A stretch of 47,774 nt of DNA from Chloroflexota bacterium (GCA_005889295.1 VBEY01000059.1:1-47774), one strand, 5' to 3'; positions 1 to 10,186 are shown, numbered from the stretch's first letter. Notes: a model not told the origin generated them from the sequence alone. Made by a program: numbers and translations.

Positions 1-759
1 GACCTCGGGATCGCCGGGTCGACAGTCGGCGGCCTCGAGACCTGGCACCTGACCGGATCAGCGCTCACTGTCGAGCTCTGGGCAAACCCGAGTCAGCTCT
101 CGCCCGAGGCTTGGTTCGCGGCGAACCTTGGCGGCAGCATCGTGACGAAGACCACCGAATCCTCATCTGCAACGATCGCCGGGAAGGCGGCGCTCGTCCT
201 TCGTCAATCGGTGGGACCCCAGCCGCCGGACAATCGCTTCGACCCGCAGAAGACATGGGTCGTTCCAGCTGAACGCCCCGACCGGATGCTCATCATCACG
301 GCGCACCTCGGGGACAGTGCCTTCGCGGCAGAGATGGACGCCGCTGTCGCGTCGCTCGCCCTCTTCGCTCCCCAATCCGCGGTCACGAACGTGGACATAA
401 CGCGAGAGGATGTGCTCGGCCGCTGGAAGACCATGAGTCCGGCGCCGGGTCGCGTCGAGGCCAAGCTCGTGACCTGGGCGGAGGCCGGAACCCTCGAAAA
501 CTCTTCGAGGTGGAATCGCCTCGATCGGGACCCCGACAGCCTCGTGTGGATCGTGGCGGTGAGCGCGGTCGGCGCCGAACCCGGCTTCTCTCTACCGTCC
601 CGCGGCGGCCGCGGGCCGATAGCGCAGGACCCGCCTCGGTGGCAGATGTATGCAACTCCCGCGAGCTCGAACGACGACGGTGCCGGGCTCTGGGGCCAGA
701 TCGGCTCGAAGGGCGACTGGCCCGCGGGGTTCGACACGCTCAAAGACAGGTGCTGTTAG
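1..759 (+). CDS. Hypothetical protein, 5'-truncated by the window edge
   Basis: Frame 1 is open from position 1 to TAG at 757-759, with GC3-rich codons. No family motif recognised. Confidence 0.65.
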   Translation, partial: DLGIAGSTVGGLETWHLTGSALTVELWANPSQLSPEAWFAANLGGSIVTKTTESSSATIAGKAALVLRQSVGPQPPDNRFDPQKTWVVPAERPDRMLIITAHLGDSAFAAEMDAAVASLALFAPQSAVTNVDITREDVLGRWKTMSPAPGRVEAKLVTWAEAGTLENSSRWNRLDRDPDSLVWIVAVSAVGAEPGFSLPSRGGRGPIAQDPPRWQMYATPASSNDDGAGLWGQIGSKGDWPAGFDTLKDRCC

Positions 760-774
760 CGAGGCCCCAGCAAG

Positions 775-1578
775 CTAGTCCGCGCTCACCTCGACCGGTG
801 CGGTCCAGCCCCAGTCCCACGCGGCGAGCTCTTTGATGAGCTCGTGATTGGTGAGGTCGAGGTAGATCGGCGTCACGCTGATCTTCCCGTCGCGCAGCGC
901 CGCGACGTCGGTGCCAGGCTCAGCATCGCCCGCAACCGCAGGACCGCCCACCCAGTAGTAAGGCTCGCCGTAGGGATCGAGCCGCTCAACGAGCTGGTCG
1001 CGGTAGTTCCGTTTGCCGAGCCGCGTGACCTCGACCCCCGCGATCCGCTCGCGCGGGAGCGGCGGCACATTGATGTTGAGAAGGGCGTCGGACGAGAAGC
1101 CCTTCGCGAGGATGTTCTTCGCGAGCAGCGCGGCGAACGAGGCCGCCGGGCCGAAGTCGATGTTCGCGCCGAACGCGCCGATCGAGATCGCGATCGATGG
1201 CACACCCGAAAGCAGGCCCTCCATGGCGGCGGCGACTGTGCCCGAATACGTGATGTCGTCCCCCATGTTCGATCCGCGGTTTATCCCCGAGACGACGAGG
1301 TCGGGCTTGTTCGGAAGGAAGCCCAGCACCGCGAGGCGCACGCAATCGGTCGGCGACCCGTCGGTCATGAATGCGGGCTGCCCGGTCCGGAGCTGCGTCG
1401 CCTTCACACGCAACGGGCGATAGAGGGTGATGCTGTGGCTCGCGCCGCTCCAGTTGCGCTCGGGAACGATGATGTCGACGTCCCCGATCGTCCAGAGGGC
1501 GTCCGCGAGCGGCCCGAGCGCATCCGATTCGATGCCGTCGTCGTTCGTGATGAGGATGTGCTTCCGATTGGCGGTCAC
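775..1578 (-). CDS. surE: 5'/3'-nucleotidase SurE
   Basis: Motifs ILITNDDG, SGASHS, DGSPTDC, SGINRGSN, YSGTVAAAMEG. GTG start at 1578 overlaps the upstream stop (GTGA). Confidence 0.95.
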   Translation of the reverse strand: MTANRKHILITNDDGIESDALGPLADALWTIGDVDIIVPERNWSGASHSITLYRPLRVKATQLRTGQPAFMTDGSPTDCVRLAVLGFLPNKPDLVVSGINRGSNMGDDITYSGTVAAAMEGLLSGVPSIAISIGAFGANIDFGPAASFAALLAKNILAKGFSSDALLNINVPPLPRERIAGVEVTRLGKRNYRDQLVERLDPYGEPYYWVGGPAVAGDAEPGTDVAALRDGKISVTPIYLDLTNHELIKELAAWDWGWTAPVEVSAD

Positions 1579-2783
1579 TTGCCTCGCGCGGTGATACGCG
1601 CCTTGCGGGCGAGACGCTGTGCCTCCCTCGCCTCGGCTTCGGCATCGCGCTGATCCGCCGCCGCGGCGGCGGCCGCGGCGTCGGCCTCCTCCATGAGCGT
1701 CGAGGCCTCCGTGCGCGCGCGCCGTCCCTGCGCGACCTGGAAGGCGTAGCGCACGAACGTGTTGATGATGCCCGCGACCGGCATCGCAAGGAACACGCCC
1801 CAGAACCCGGCGATGCGCGACCCGATGAGGAGAGCGAGGAATACGAAGATCGGATGGATCCCGATCGCGTTCGACATGATGCGAGGGCCGAGCACGTTGA
1901 GCACGACCTGCTGCAGCGCGATCGTCAGGGCCAGCACCCATATGAAGACATCAGGCGCCCCGAGGAGCGTGACCGCGAGGACGGGTATCTCGGCGATGAT
2001 CGGGCCGAAGAACGGAATGATCATCGTGAGTCCCGACAGCACCGCCAGCACACCGGCGAACGGGACCCCGAGCAGCACGAGGATCGCGAGAGTTGCCACC
2101 CCGTAGATCAGACCGAGGATGAGCGACCCACGGATGAAACCGCCGAACGAGCGGTCCGCGCTCTGCCGGAGCAGCTCCGCCTCGCTGCGGAGCTCGGGGC
2201 TGAGGGCGGCGAGGAACCGCTGCCAGAGCTGATCGCCGTCGATCAGCATGATGAACGCGATGATGAGGACGAGGGTCGCATTGAAGAGGACGTTCGCCGT
2301 CGCGGAGACGTACCCGAGCGCATCGGCCGCGACCGTTCCCGCGATCTGGGAGAGCTTCGCCGGGACCTGGCCGTACAGGTCGGTCACGCTCACCGGGAGA
2401 CCCGCTCCTTCCAGCCGCCGTTGCAGGGCCACGACCTCTTGCGCGGCGCGATCGCCGTACTCGGGGGCACGGACGATGAGGTCGTTGAGCTGACTCACGA
2501 GTCCCGGCACGACGAGCGCGAGAGTCCCTGCCAGAACGAACGCGATCCCGATGTACACGACGACGACGCTGAGCGCGCGATTGAGGATCGTGCGCTGATC
2601 GATGCGGGTCACAAGGGGCGAGAGCAGGTACGAGACGGCCCAGGCCGCGACGAAGATGATCAGGACGTCGGCGACGCGCGAGAGCGCCTCGGTGAGGTCA
2701 GCGAGGAGCTGAAATGTCGCGAGAATGATGAGAAGTACGACGAGCGTCGTCAGGAGCTGCCGCTCCCGCGTCGAGAGATTCAC
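1575..2783 (-). CDS. AI-2E (PerM/TqsA) family transporter
   Basis: Multiple TM helices, [31 protein letters not shown] at 2783 chosen because a TACCAT -10 box lies 6 nt upstream. Confidence 0.9.
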   Translation of the reverse strand: MNLSTRERQLLTTLVVLLIILATFQLLADLTEALSRVADVLIIFVAAWAVSYLLSPLVTRIDQRTILNRALSVVVVYIGIAFVLAGTLALVVPGLVSQLNDLIVRAPEYGDRAAQEVVALQRRLEGAGLPVSVTDLYGQVPAKLSQIAGTVAADALGYVSATANVLFNATLVLIIAFIMLIDGDQLWQRFLAALSPELRSEAELLRQSADRSFGGFIRGSLILGLIYGVATLAILVLLGVPFAGVLAVLSGLTMIIPFFGPIIAEIPVLAVTLLGAPDVFIWVLALTIALQQVVLNVLGPRIMSNAIGIHPIFVFLALLIGSRIAGFWGVFLAMPVAGIINTFVRYAFQVAQGRRARTEASTLMEEADAAAAAAAADQRDAEAEAREAQRLARKARITARGK

Positions 2784-2789
2784 AGGCGA

Positions 2790-2810
2790 ATGGTACTGAC
2801 GGAATACCAT
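2790..2810. promoter_or_regulatory. Back-to-back divergent -10 elements (TACCAT on each strand), probably leaderless promoters
   Basis: ATGGTA(2790-95)-N9-TACCAT(2805-10). Each lies 6-8 nt from a GTG start with no Shine-Dalgarno. Confidence 0.6.
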
Positions 2811-2818
2811 GCTTCTCC

Positions 2819-3877
2819 GTGCCAGACGCGCGCTGCCTTATCGATCGCTACGCGTCCTATCTTCCAGTGACCGACCGGACACCCCGGCTAACCCTCGGCG
2901 AGGGAGGCACGCCGCTGGTGCGCGCTCGCTCACTCGAGCGCGAGACAGGCGTTCCCGAGATCTGGCTCAAGGTCGAAGGTCAGAACCCGACCGGTTCATT
3001 CAAGGATCGCGGAATGGTCGTCGCTGTGGCGAAAGCGCTCGAACAGGGCGCGCGCATGGTCCTCTGCGCATCGACCGGCAACACGGCCGCTTCGGCCGCC
3101 GCGTACGCAGCGCGCGCGGGCATGTCGTGCACCGTGATCCTCCCCGCGGGGCAGGTCGCGGCCGGCAAGCTCGCGCAGGCGATCGCCCACGGCGCGCGCG
3201 TGGTCGCGGTGCGCGGCCCCTTCGACGCCGCCCTGGCCGTCGTGCGGACGCTTGCCGAACAGGGCGAGGCGACCCTCGTGAACAGCGTCAACCCGGACCG
3301 CCTTGAGGGCCAAAAGACGGCCGCCTTCGAGCTCTGCGAGACCTTCGGGGACGCACCCGACGCCCTGTTCATCCCCGTGGGAAACGCCGGGAACATCACC
3401 GCCTACTGGAAGGGCTTCGTGGAGGCGGCCCGGACCGGCCTCGCCCACAGAAGGCCTCGGATGTACGGCTACCAGGCCGAGGGTGCGGCGCCGCTTGTCC
3501 GCGGTGCTCCCGTGGCAGAGCCCGAAACGATCGCGACGGCGATCCGCGTCGGCAACCCCGCCTCGTGGAGGGGCGCCGTGGCGGCCCGAGACGAATCGGG
3601 CGGCGCGATCGACGCCGTGACCGACGCCGAGATCCTGGACGCGTACAGCTTCCTCGCCCGCTGCGAGGGGGTCTTCGCCGAGCCAGCCTCCGCGGCGGCG
3701 ATCGCCGGGCTGCGCAAGCGCGCCCGCGCGAACGGCCTCCGCGGCGCGTCGCGCGTCGTCTGCGTCCTTACGGGCAACGGTATGAAGGACCCCGAACGAG
3801 CCCGCTCGCTCGCCGGCGGCGACATCGCCACGGTCGAGGCCACACCGGACGCGGTGCGCGCTGCGTTGAGGTCGTAG
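2819..3877 (+). CDS. thrC: Threonine synthase
   Basis: [17 protein letters not shown] (PLP lysine), [28 protein letters not shown]. Confidence 0.95.
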   Translation: MPDARCLIDRYASYLPVTDRTPRLTLGEGGTPLVRARSLERETGVPEIWLKVEGQNPTGSFKDRGMVVAVAKALEQGARMVLCASTGNTAASAAAYAARAGMSCTVILPAGQVAAGKLAQAIAHGARVVAVRGPFDAALAVVRTLAEQGEATLVNSVNPDRLEGQKTAAFELCETFGDAPDALFIPVGNAGNITAYWKGFVEAARTGLAHRRPRMYGYQAEGAAPLVRGAPVAEPETIATAIRVGNPASWRGAVAARDESGGAIDAVTDAEILDAYSFLARCEGVFAEPASAAAIAGLRKRARANGLRGASRVVCVLTGNGMKDPERARSLAGGDIATVEATPDAVRAALRS

Positions 3878-3879
3878 CA

Positions 3880-4806
3880 GTGGGGGAGCTTCGGGTGCGG
3901 GTGCCCGCGTCCAGCGCGAACCTTGGCCCCGGCTTCGATTCCTTCGCGATCGCCCTTCCCCTTCTGGCCGAGTTCGACCTTCGCCCGGCCCGGGCCTGGT
4001 CGGTGAGCATCGACGGTGGGGCCAGCGATCAGGACAACGGGATGGAGAACGGAACGCCCACTGGTGAGGACAATCTCTTTGTCGTCTCGGCACGCGCGGC
4101 GGCGGAAGCGGCCGCCGAGACTCTCGGCTCCTACCACGTGGTCCAGCGCTCGGCGATCCCTGTCGGACGGGGGCTCGGATCGAGCGCGGCCGCCATCGTC
4201 GGTGGCGTCGTGGCGGCGAACGCGCTCATGGGCGAGCCACTCGACCGGCGGACACTCCTGCGGGTCGCGAGCGAGGTCGAAGGGCACGCCGACAACGTCG
4301 CCGCCGCGCTCTACGGTGCGTTCACCGTCGCGCTTCCGAGCGACGACGGGCCGGTCGCGACCCGCATCGCGTTCCCGCGCTCGTGGCGCATTTGCCTCTT
4401 CATTCCGCGCGAACCGCTCACGACCGAGAAGGCTCGCGCCGTACTTCCGGCCAACGTCTCGCGAGCCGACGCCGTCTTCAATATCGCCCACGCCGCCGCG
4501 CTCCTCGCCGCGGTCCTTCGGTCCGACGGCGCGCTGCTCTCGATCGCCATGGCGGACCGGCTCCATCAGCCCGCGCGGGCCCAGCTCGTGACCGGCCTCA
4601 ACGACATCATCGCCGCCGCGCGGGGCGCGGGCGCGTTCGGAGCCGCGCTGTCGGGGGCGGGCCCGGCCGTCGTCGCGTTCGCGCCGGCGCGGCTTGCCGC
4701 GCGGGTGGTCGAGGCGATGGAAGAGGCCGCGCATGCCGTCGGGACGAGCGGGCGCGGCCGCGTCGTGCGCGTGCGCGCCGCCGGTGCTCAGGTCCAGCGC
4801 TCGTGA
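3880..4806 (+). CDS. thrB: Homoserine kinase
   Basis: VPASSANLGPGFDS, IPVGRGLGSSAAA, EGHADNVAAA, DRLHQPAR, LSGAGP. Confidence 0.95.
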   Translation: MGELRVRVPASSANLGPGFDSFAIALPLLAEFDLRPARAWSVSIDGGASDQDNGMENGTPTGEDNLFVVSARAAAEAAAETLGSYHVVQRSAIPVGRGLGSSAAAIVGGVVAANALMGEPLDRRTLLRVASEVEGHADNVAAALYGAFTVALPSDDGPVATRIAFPRSWRICLFIPREPLTTEKARAVLPANVSRADAVFNIAHAAALLAAVLRSDGALLSIAMADRLHQPARAQLVTGLNDIIAAARGAGAFGAALSGAGPAVVAFAPARLAARVVEAMEEAAHAVGTSGRGRVVRVRAAGAQVQRS

Positions 4807-5303
4807 GGTTCGGAGCGCTGCTGCTCGCGGCCGTTCTGCTCGCCTCGGCATGCATCGACAATCGGGTCGTCGTGACGACGCCGACGCCGACTCCGGTCCG
4901 AACGACAGCCGCGCCGAGCCCGAGCCCGAGTCCCACGCCCAGCCCGACGCCGACGCCCACTCCGGCGCCGACGCCGCTCCTGTCGGCGCGCGGCGGGATC
5001 CTCGTGAAGGAGCCCCTCGCGAACTCGCGCGTTCGCAGCCCCCTCACCGTCAGCGGCGACGCGAGCGTGTTCGAGGCGGCGCTCATCTGGCAGCTGACCG
5101 ACACCGCGGGTCGCGTCCTCGCGAGCGATTTCACCACCGCGACGGCGGGCGCACCGGCCAAGGGAACGTTCACGATCACGGCGTCCTACAAGGACCCGCC
5201 GTCCGAGATCATCGGATTCGCCGAGGTCTTCACGCGCAGCCCGAGGGACGGAACGATCGATGAGATCGTCCGCGTCCCGCTCATCTTCGCCGCAGCGCGC
5301 TGA
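4803..5303 (+). CDS. Lipoprotein with Pro/Thr/Ser linker and Gmad2-like Ig domain
   Basis: Lipobox LASAC, PT/PS-repeat linker, SPLTVSGDASVFEA...GTF motif. Confidence 0.75.
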   Translation: MRFGALLLAAVLLASACIDNRVVVTTPTPTPVRTTAAPSPSPSPTPSPTPTPTPAPTPLLSARGGILVKEPLANSRVRSPLTVSGDASVFEAALIWQLTDTAGRVLASDFTTATAGAPAKGTFTITASYKDPPSEIIGFAEVFTRSPRDGTIDEIVRVPLIFAAAR

Positions 5304-6061
5304 TGCGCCTCGCGCTCCTGGCGATCCCGGCGGTGCGGAGCGCGCTATCGCTCGAGATCAACCGAGACATCGAATATCACGCCGCGATCGCCAGCACCCA
5401 GGATCGGGCCCGAGCCCTGGCGGCGTCCGGATCCGGCCCGCGTGTCGTCGTCGCCGATCACCAGACCGCGGGACAAGGCACCCGTGGGCGCCCCTGGCAC
5501 GCCCCGGCCGGCACGAGCCTCCTCGCGTCGTGGCTCTTCCGCCCCGCTCCCGCTGAGCCAGGGCTTTTCGCCCTTCTCGCGGGCGTCGCCGTCTCGCGGG
5601 CGCTTCAGCGGCTGGGCCTTCGAGACGCCTCCCTAAAATGGCCCAACGACGTCGAGGCTGGCCATAAGAAGGTCGCCGGAGCACTCGCCCATGCGACCAC
5701 TGATGGGGAAGGCGGTTCGCTGGTGCTGGGGATCGGCGTGAACGCGCATCAGCAGCTCGAGGACTTCCCTCCGGAGCTGCGCGGGACAGCGACGTCGCTG
5801 GCCCTCGCCGGGCACACCGTCGATCGCCTCGTCCTCTTCGTCGACCTCACGCGCGAGCTCGAACGCGTCGCCGCGCCTTCCGAGCGGCAACCCGCGCTCG
5901 ACGAGTGGCGCCGGCGCTCCACGCTCCTGGGCCGCGAGGTCGAGGTGACCCGTGAGGGCAGACCGGTCGTGCGCGGCGTCGCTCGGGACATCGCCGAGGA
6001 CGGTGCGCTCCTGGTCGAGTCCGAGCGCGTCGTGGTCGGCGACGTGCGAGTCATTGCATGA
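5303..6061 (+). CDS. birA: Biotin-[acetyl-CoA-carboxylase] ligase without HTH domain
   Basis: ASTQD, QTAGQGTRGRPW, LKWPNDV, KKVAG, GIGVN, C-terminal SH3-like segment. Confidence 0.9.
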   Translation: MRLALLAIPAVRSALSLEINRDIEYHAAIASTQDRARALAASGSGPRVVVADHQTAGQGTRGRPWHAPAGTSLLASWLFRPAPAEPGLFALLAGVAVSRALQRLGLRDASLKWPNDVEAGHKKVAGALAHATTDGEGGSLVLGIGVNAHQQLEDFPPELRGTATSLALAGHTVDRLVLFVDLTRELERVAAPSERQPALDEWRRRSTLLGREVEVTREGRPVVRGVARDIAEDGALLVESERVVVGDVRVIA

Positions 6062-6924
6062 GCGAACGCAGTGTCATCGTCATCGACGGCAGCTCGGCGA
6101 TGTCGGACCAGGTGAAGCGCGAGTTCAATTTCCGACTGCTCCCGATCCACGTGCTTTTCGGCGACGAGGACTTCACGCCCGGCGTCAACATGACCCCCGC
6201 GGAGTTCTACGCGAAGCTCGCATCGTCGAAGACCCCGCCGACGACCGCCGCGCCATCGCTCGGCGAGTGCGTGGAGATCTATCAGACCCTCGTCCGCGAG
6301 GGGTTCCGTTCCATCCTGGTGATCACGGTCATCAACGAGGCATCGGTCACTCACACCGTCGCGAAGACCGCGGCGCAGCAGGTGAGCGGCGCAAGTATTG
6401 AGGTCGTCGACTCGCGAACCACCGCCGGCGGCATCACGCTCATCGCGACCGCGTGCGCCCGTATGCTCCGTGACGAACGTGGCTTCGACGCGGCGGTAGC
6501 GCTGGCGCGGCGTCTCGCCGGTCGGGTCCAGATCCTTGCGCTGATCGATACGCTCGAGTACCTCCGCCGTGGAGGCCGGGTGTCCGGAGCCCAGGCCGCC
6601 TTCGGCGCGCTCCTTTCCATCAAGCCGATCGTCGAGGTGAAGGACGGTGATCGCGTCCTCATCGACAAGGTCCGCACTCGTGAGCGTGGCGTCGAGCGGC
6701 TCAAGCAGCTCATCGAGGAGCGCGTCCCACCGGGCTCGCGCATCCACGCCTGCGCGATGCACACCAACCACCCCGAGCGCGCTCACGTCCTTGGCGAATG
6801 GGTCCAGCAGCGGTTTCACTGCGTCGAGTACTGGACTGCCGAGGCGGGCCCCATCATTGGGACGCACACCGGCCCCGGCGTCGCGGGGTTGTGCTGGTAT
6901 CGCGAGGAGGATGCTCGGGCGTGA
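6058..6924 (+). CDS. DegV family fatty acid-binding protein (FakB-like)
   Basis: PTTAAPS, VVDSRT, TLEYLRRGGR, LLSIKPI, GPIIGTHTGPG. Confidence 0.9.
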   Translation: MSERSVIVIDGSSAMSDQVKREFNFRLLPIHVLFGDEDFTPGVNMTPAEFYAKLASSKTPPTTAAPSLGECVEIYQTLVREGFRSILVITVINEASVTHTVAKTAAQQVSGASIEVVDSRTTAGGITLIATACARMLRDERGFDAAVALARRLAGRVQILALIDTLEYLRRGGRVSGAQAAFGALLSIKPIVEVKDGDRVLIDKVRTRERGVERLKQLIEERVPPGSRIHACAMHTNHPERAHVLGEWVQQRFHCVEYWTAEAGPIIGTHTGPGVAGLCWYREEDARA

Positions 6925-7772
6925 GGCTTCGTAACCCGTTCGGTCGAAAGACGAAGGAGTTTCCGTCGCATCTCTGGACGCAGTGTCCGAGCTGCGGCGA
7001 GATGCTGTTCAACAAACAGCTCGACCGCAACCACAACGTGTGCCAGAAGTGCGGCCATCACTTCAAGCTCGGAGCGCTCGCGCGCATCGACCTCCTGGCC
7101 GATGCGAAGTCATTCAGCGAGACGGACGCCGACATGGTGTCGTCCGATCCGCTCGGGTTCGTCGACAGCAAGCCATATCCGGAGCGCATCGCGGCGGCGC
7201 AGGCGAAGAGCGGACACAAGGACGCGGTCCTGACCGGGGACGCGCAGATCTCGGGCATCCCTGTCGTCCTCGCGGTCATGGATTTCGAGTTCATGGGCGG
7301 GTCGATGGGCAGCGTGGTCGGCGAGAAGCTCACCCGGGCGGCCGAGCGCGCGTACTCGGCGCGCAAGCCGCTCGTCATCGTCTCCGCGTCCGGGGGCGCG
7401 CGCATGCAGGAGGGGACGATCGCGCTCATGCAGCTCGCGAAGACCGTCGCTGCGGTCGCACGCCTCGACGACGCGGCTATCCCATTCATTAGCGTGCTCA
7501 CGGACCCGACGACGGGCGGCGTCCTGGCCTCCTTCGCGTCGCTCGGCGACATCATTCTCGCCGAGCCCGGCGCGCTCATCGGCTTCTCCGGTGCTCGTGT
7601 CACCAGCGAGACCATCGGGGAAAAGCTGCCGAAGGGTTTCCAGCGAGCCGAGTTCCTGCTCGAGCACGGCTTCGTCGACCAGGTCGTCCCGCGGTCGCAG
7701 CTCAAGGAGCGCATCGCATTCTTCTTGAACGCGTTCCGCGTCGCGGGTCAAGACCTGCGCTGGAGCCTTTGA
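6921..7772 (+). CDS. accD: Acetyl-CoA carboxylase carboxyltransferase beta subunit
   Basis: Zinc finger CPSC...CQKC, FMGGSMGSVVGEK, SGGARMQEG, PTTGGV. Confidence 0.97.
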   Translation: MRLRNPFGRKTKEFPSHLWTQCPSCGEMLFNKQLDRNHNVCQKCGHHFKLGALARIDLLADAKSFSETDADMVSSDPLGFVDSKPYPERIAAAQAKSGHKDAVLTGDAQISGIPVVLAVMDFEFMGGSMGSVVGEKLTRAAERAYSARKPLVIVSASGGARMQEGTIALMQLAKTVAAVARLDDAAIPFISVLTDPTTGGVLASFASLGDIILAEPGALIGFSGARVTSETIGEKLPKGFQRAEFLLEHGFVDQVVPRSQLKERIAFFLNAFRVAGQDLRWSL

Positions 7773-7775
7773 GCG

Positions 7776-8762
7776 ATGTCCATGCTCGATCGCATCGTCG
7801 GCTCGCGGCGCGCCGCGGAAGGCAACGGCCATCTCGCGGTCGAAGCGGGACTCATCACCGACGCGACGCAGCTCGCGTCGACCCGACCGACGCCATGGCA
7901 GACGGTGCAGACCGCGCGCAACATCGCGCGCCCGCACGCGCACGACATCATCAGCCGGGTCTTCGATCGCTTTCAGGAGCTGCACGGGGATCGTGCTTTT
8001 CGCGACGACCCGGCCATCATCGGCGGGATCGCCGAGCTCGGTGGGCGCCCCGTCGTCGTCGTCGGGCAGCAGAAGGGCTCGTCGACCGAGGAGAACATCG
8101 AGCGCAACTTCGGCATGCCGTATCCCGAGGGCTATCGCAAAGCGATGCGCCTCTACCGCCTCGCGCAGAAATTCCACGTTCCGCTCATCACGCTGGTGGA
8201 TACCCCGGGCGCCTATCCCGGTCCCGAGGCCGAGGAGCGGGGACAGGCCGAGGCGATCGCCTCGAGCATCCAGCTCATGACCCGCCTCGCCGTCCCGGTG
8301 GTGGTCGTGGTGCTTGGCGAGGGCGGCTCGGGTGGCGCGCTCGCGCTCGGTGTCGGCGACGTCGTGCTCGCGCTCGAAAACGCGACGTACTCGGTGATAT
8401 CACCCGAGGGTTGCGCGGCGATCCTCTGGCGAAGCGCCAGCGAGGCGGAGCGCGCGGCCGTCGCGATGAAGCTCGCCGGACCCGATCTTCTGGACACCGG
8501 CGTCGCCGACGCGCTCATCCGTGAGCCGGCGGGTGGCGCGCACACCGATCACGACGCGACCGCCGCGGCGATCAAGACCGCGCTCATCGCGCAGCTCGAG
8601 CGGCTCTCACGTGTGCCGGTCGCGGACCTGCTCTCGCTGCGCTACGAGCGCTTCCGCTCGTTCGGCATGTTCGTCGAGCCGAGTGGCGGCACCGCGCCCG
8701 CGCCGCCGCGGCCGTGGTGGCGGCGGATCCTACGGAATCCCTTGCCGAAAGACGCGCTATGA
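7776..8762 (+). CDS. accA: Acetyl-CoA carboxylase carboxyltransferase alpha subunit
   Basis: ELHGDR, RNFGMPYPEGYRKA, DTPGAYPG, GEGGSGGALA, YSVISPEGCAAILW. Confidence 0.97.
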   Translation: MSMLDRIVGSRRAAEGNGHLAVEAGLITDATQLASTRPTPWQTVQTARNIARPHAHDIISRVFDRFQELHGDRAFRDDPAIIGGIAELGGRPVVVVGQQKGSSTEENIERNFGMPYPEGYRKAMRLYRLAQKFHVPLITLVDTPGAYPGPEAEERGQAEAIASSIQLMTRLAVPVVVVVLGEGGSGGALALGVGDVVLALENATYSVISPEGCAAILWRSASEAERAAVAMKLAGPDLLDTGVADALIREPAGGAHTDHDATAAAIKTALIAQLERLSRVPVADLLSLRYERFRSFGMFVEPSGGTAPAPPRPWWRRILRNPLPKDAL

Positions 8763-9166
8763 GCGACAACGATCCGTTCCTTGGACTCGTCGATGACCTC
8801 CTTCGCCTGGAGCTGCCCGCCGGCCTGCACGCGGTCACGATCGAGGTCGAGGCGGATGGATTCGCCGTCTCCGTTTCGCGGCACGGGCAGGCCGGGACCG
8901 CGACCGCGCCGGCCGCGGAGCGCGAACAGGGTCCGACCGAGAAAACGCAGCGCGTGCACGCGACGACGGTCGGCGTGTTCAGCACGGCGCGAGAGTGGAC
9001 CACCGGCGATGCGGTCGCGCGGGGCGATGTCCTTGGCGGGATCCAGTCCCTTGGTCGCATCGCCGAGATCAGCGCGCCCGCCGACGGCGAGATCCGCGAG
9101 GTCCTCGTGACGGGTGGTGCGCCGGTGGAGTACGGGCAGGCGCTCTTCGTCATTGCCCTCCGCTGA
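8759..9166 (+). CDS. Biotin carboxyl carrier protein-like domain lacking the biotinylated lysine
   Basis: Biotinyl-domain pattern GD..G.I....EI.AP..G.I.EVL...G.PVEYGQ.LF, but EAMK is replaced by QSLG. Confidence 0.85.
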   Translation: MSDNDPFLGLVDDLLRLELPAGLHAVTIEVEADGFAVSVSRHGQAGTATAPAAEREQGPTEKTQRVHATTVGVFSTAREWTTGDAVARGDVLGGIQSLGRIAEISAPADGEIREVLVTGGAPVEYGQALFVIALR

Positions 9167-9428
9167 CCGAATCGCCGTCAAGGTCCACGAGTCCGGCGAC
9201 GGCCACGTCGCGCTGGTCACGGTGAACGATCGCGTCACGACGACGCACCGGGTGCGCATCTCGCCCGCCGAACGCGAGCGCTTCGGCGGCGACGACGTCG
9301 CGGACCTGGTCAGGCGCTCGTTCGAGTTCCTCCTGGCGCGCGAGGCGAACAGTTCGATCCTTCGCGAGTTCGACCTCTCGACGATCGAGCGGTATTTCCC
9401 CGAGTACGCGCGCGAGATTCGGAGCTAG
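9153..9428 (+). CDS. Small conserved hypothetical protein
   Basis: Contains SFEFLLARE..SIL..FDL..I..YFPEY. The TTG start is tentative. Confidence 0.7.
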   Translation: MPSADRIAVKVHESGDGHVALVTVNDRVTTTHRVRISPAERERFGGDDVADLVRRSFEFLLAREANSSILREFDLSTIERYFPEYAREIRS

Positions 9429-10186
9429 CCGACCAAGGCGGGAGCGGGTGCCTCGACCCGCTTGAGCCCGCGCGCCGCCCGCCAGCCGGAGACCAGGCCG
9501 AAGATGGCGATCGCATGCACCGCGATCCCGAGGAAGTCCTCGGCCAACACGAACAGGAGACCGTCGAGGAGGTACAGCCCGGTGCCGATCGCGTACCAGC
9601 CGAGCCGTCCGCGGCGCGCGGCCCGCCCGATGAGCAGAAATCCACCGGCGATCGCGATGTCGATGATGAACGCGTAGATCGGCGTGCGCACGGTGTTGCT
9701 GAGACCCTCGGCAAATCCGTCGACGAGGTACGTCACGCCGAGGCCGACCACAAGACCCCACTGCGTCCCGGCCGCGTTGAGCACCGAGTTGAGGATCGAC
9801 GCGCCCCCGATCCAGTAGAACCAGGCGCCACCGCTGTTGCGTCGTTGCAAGAGCTGGAACCGAACGAGGTCCTGGCTGCTGACGGCGGCTCCCGTCGCAT
9901 CGGACGCGCCCGCGAGCGGCGCCGGGAGGGTCGTCTCCGTGCCAAGCACGGGCTTGCCGTCAACGTGCAGCGTCGGCTGATCGTTGGAGACGCGCGGGAT
10001 CACCACGGTGAGGACGTGCCCCCCGAGGCTCCTGACGAAGCGGTCGGACTCTGGCGTCTGATCGAAGCGCTCGACCTGTCGCTTGTCGACCGTGACGCGG
10101 ACGCCGAAAAGCGGCGCGCGATCGACGAGCACACGATGCTGGCGACCCGACGCCTCGGTGACCGCCCATTCCGCTACACGTGCCAT
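9425..10186 (-). CDS. Hypothetical membrane protein
   Basis: N-terminal beta-rich region, then about 5 TM helices (GAWFYWIGGASILN...). Confidence 0.7.
   Translation of the reverse strand: MARVAEWAVTEASGRQHRVLVDRAPLFGVRVTVDKRQVERFDQTPESDRFVRSLGGHVLTVVIPRVSNDQPTLHVDGKPVLGTETTLPAPLAGASDATGAAVSSQDLVRFQLLQRRNSGGAWFYWIGGASILNSVLNAAGTQWGLVVGLGVTYLVDGFAEGLSNTVRTPIYAFIIDIAIAGGFLLIGRAARRGRLGWYAIGTGLYLLDGLLFVLAEDFLGIAVHAIAIFGLVSGWRAARGLKRVEAPAPALVG

Noticed and set aside
4874-4976. 6-bp periodic CCGACG/CCGAGC repeats as a DNA-level repeat element
   Set aside because: They encode an ordinary Pro-Thr/Pro-Ser lipoprotein linker.
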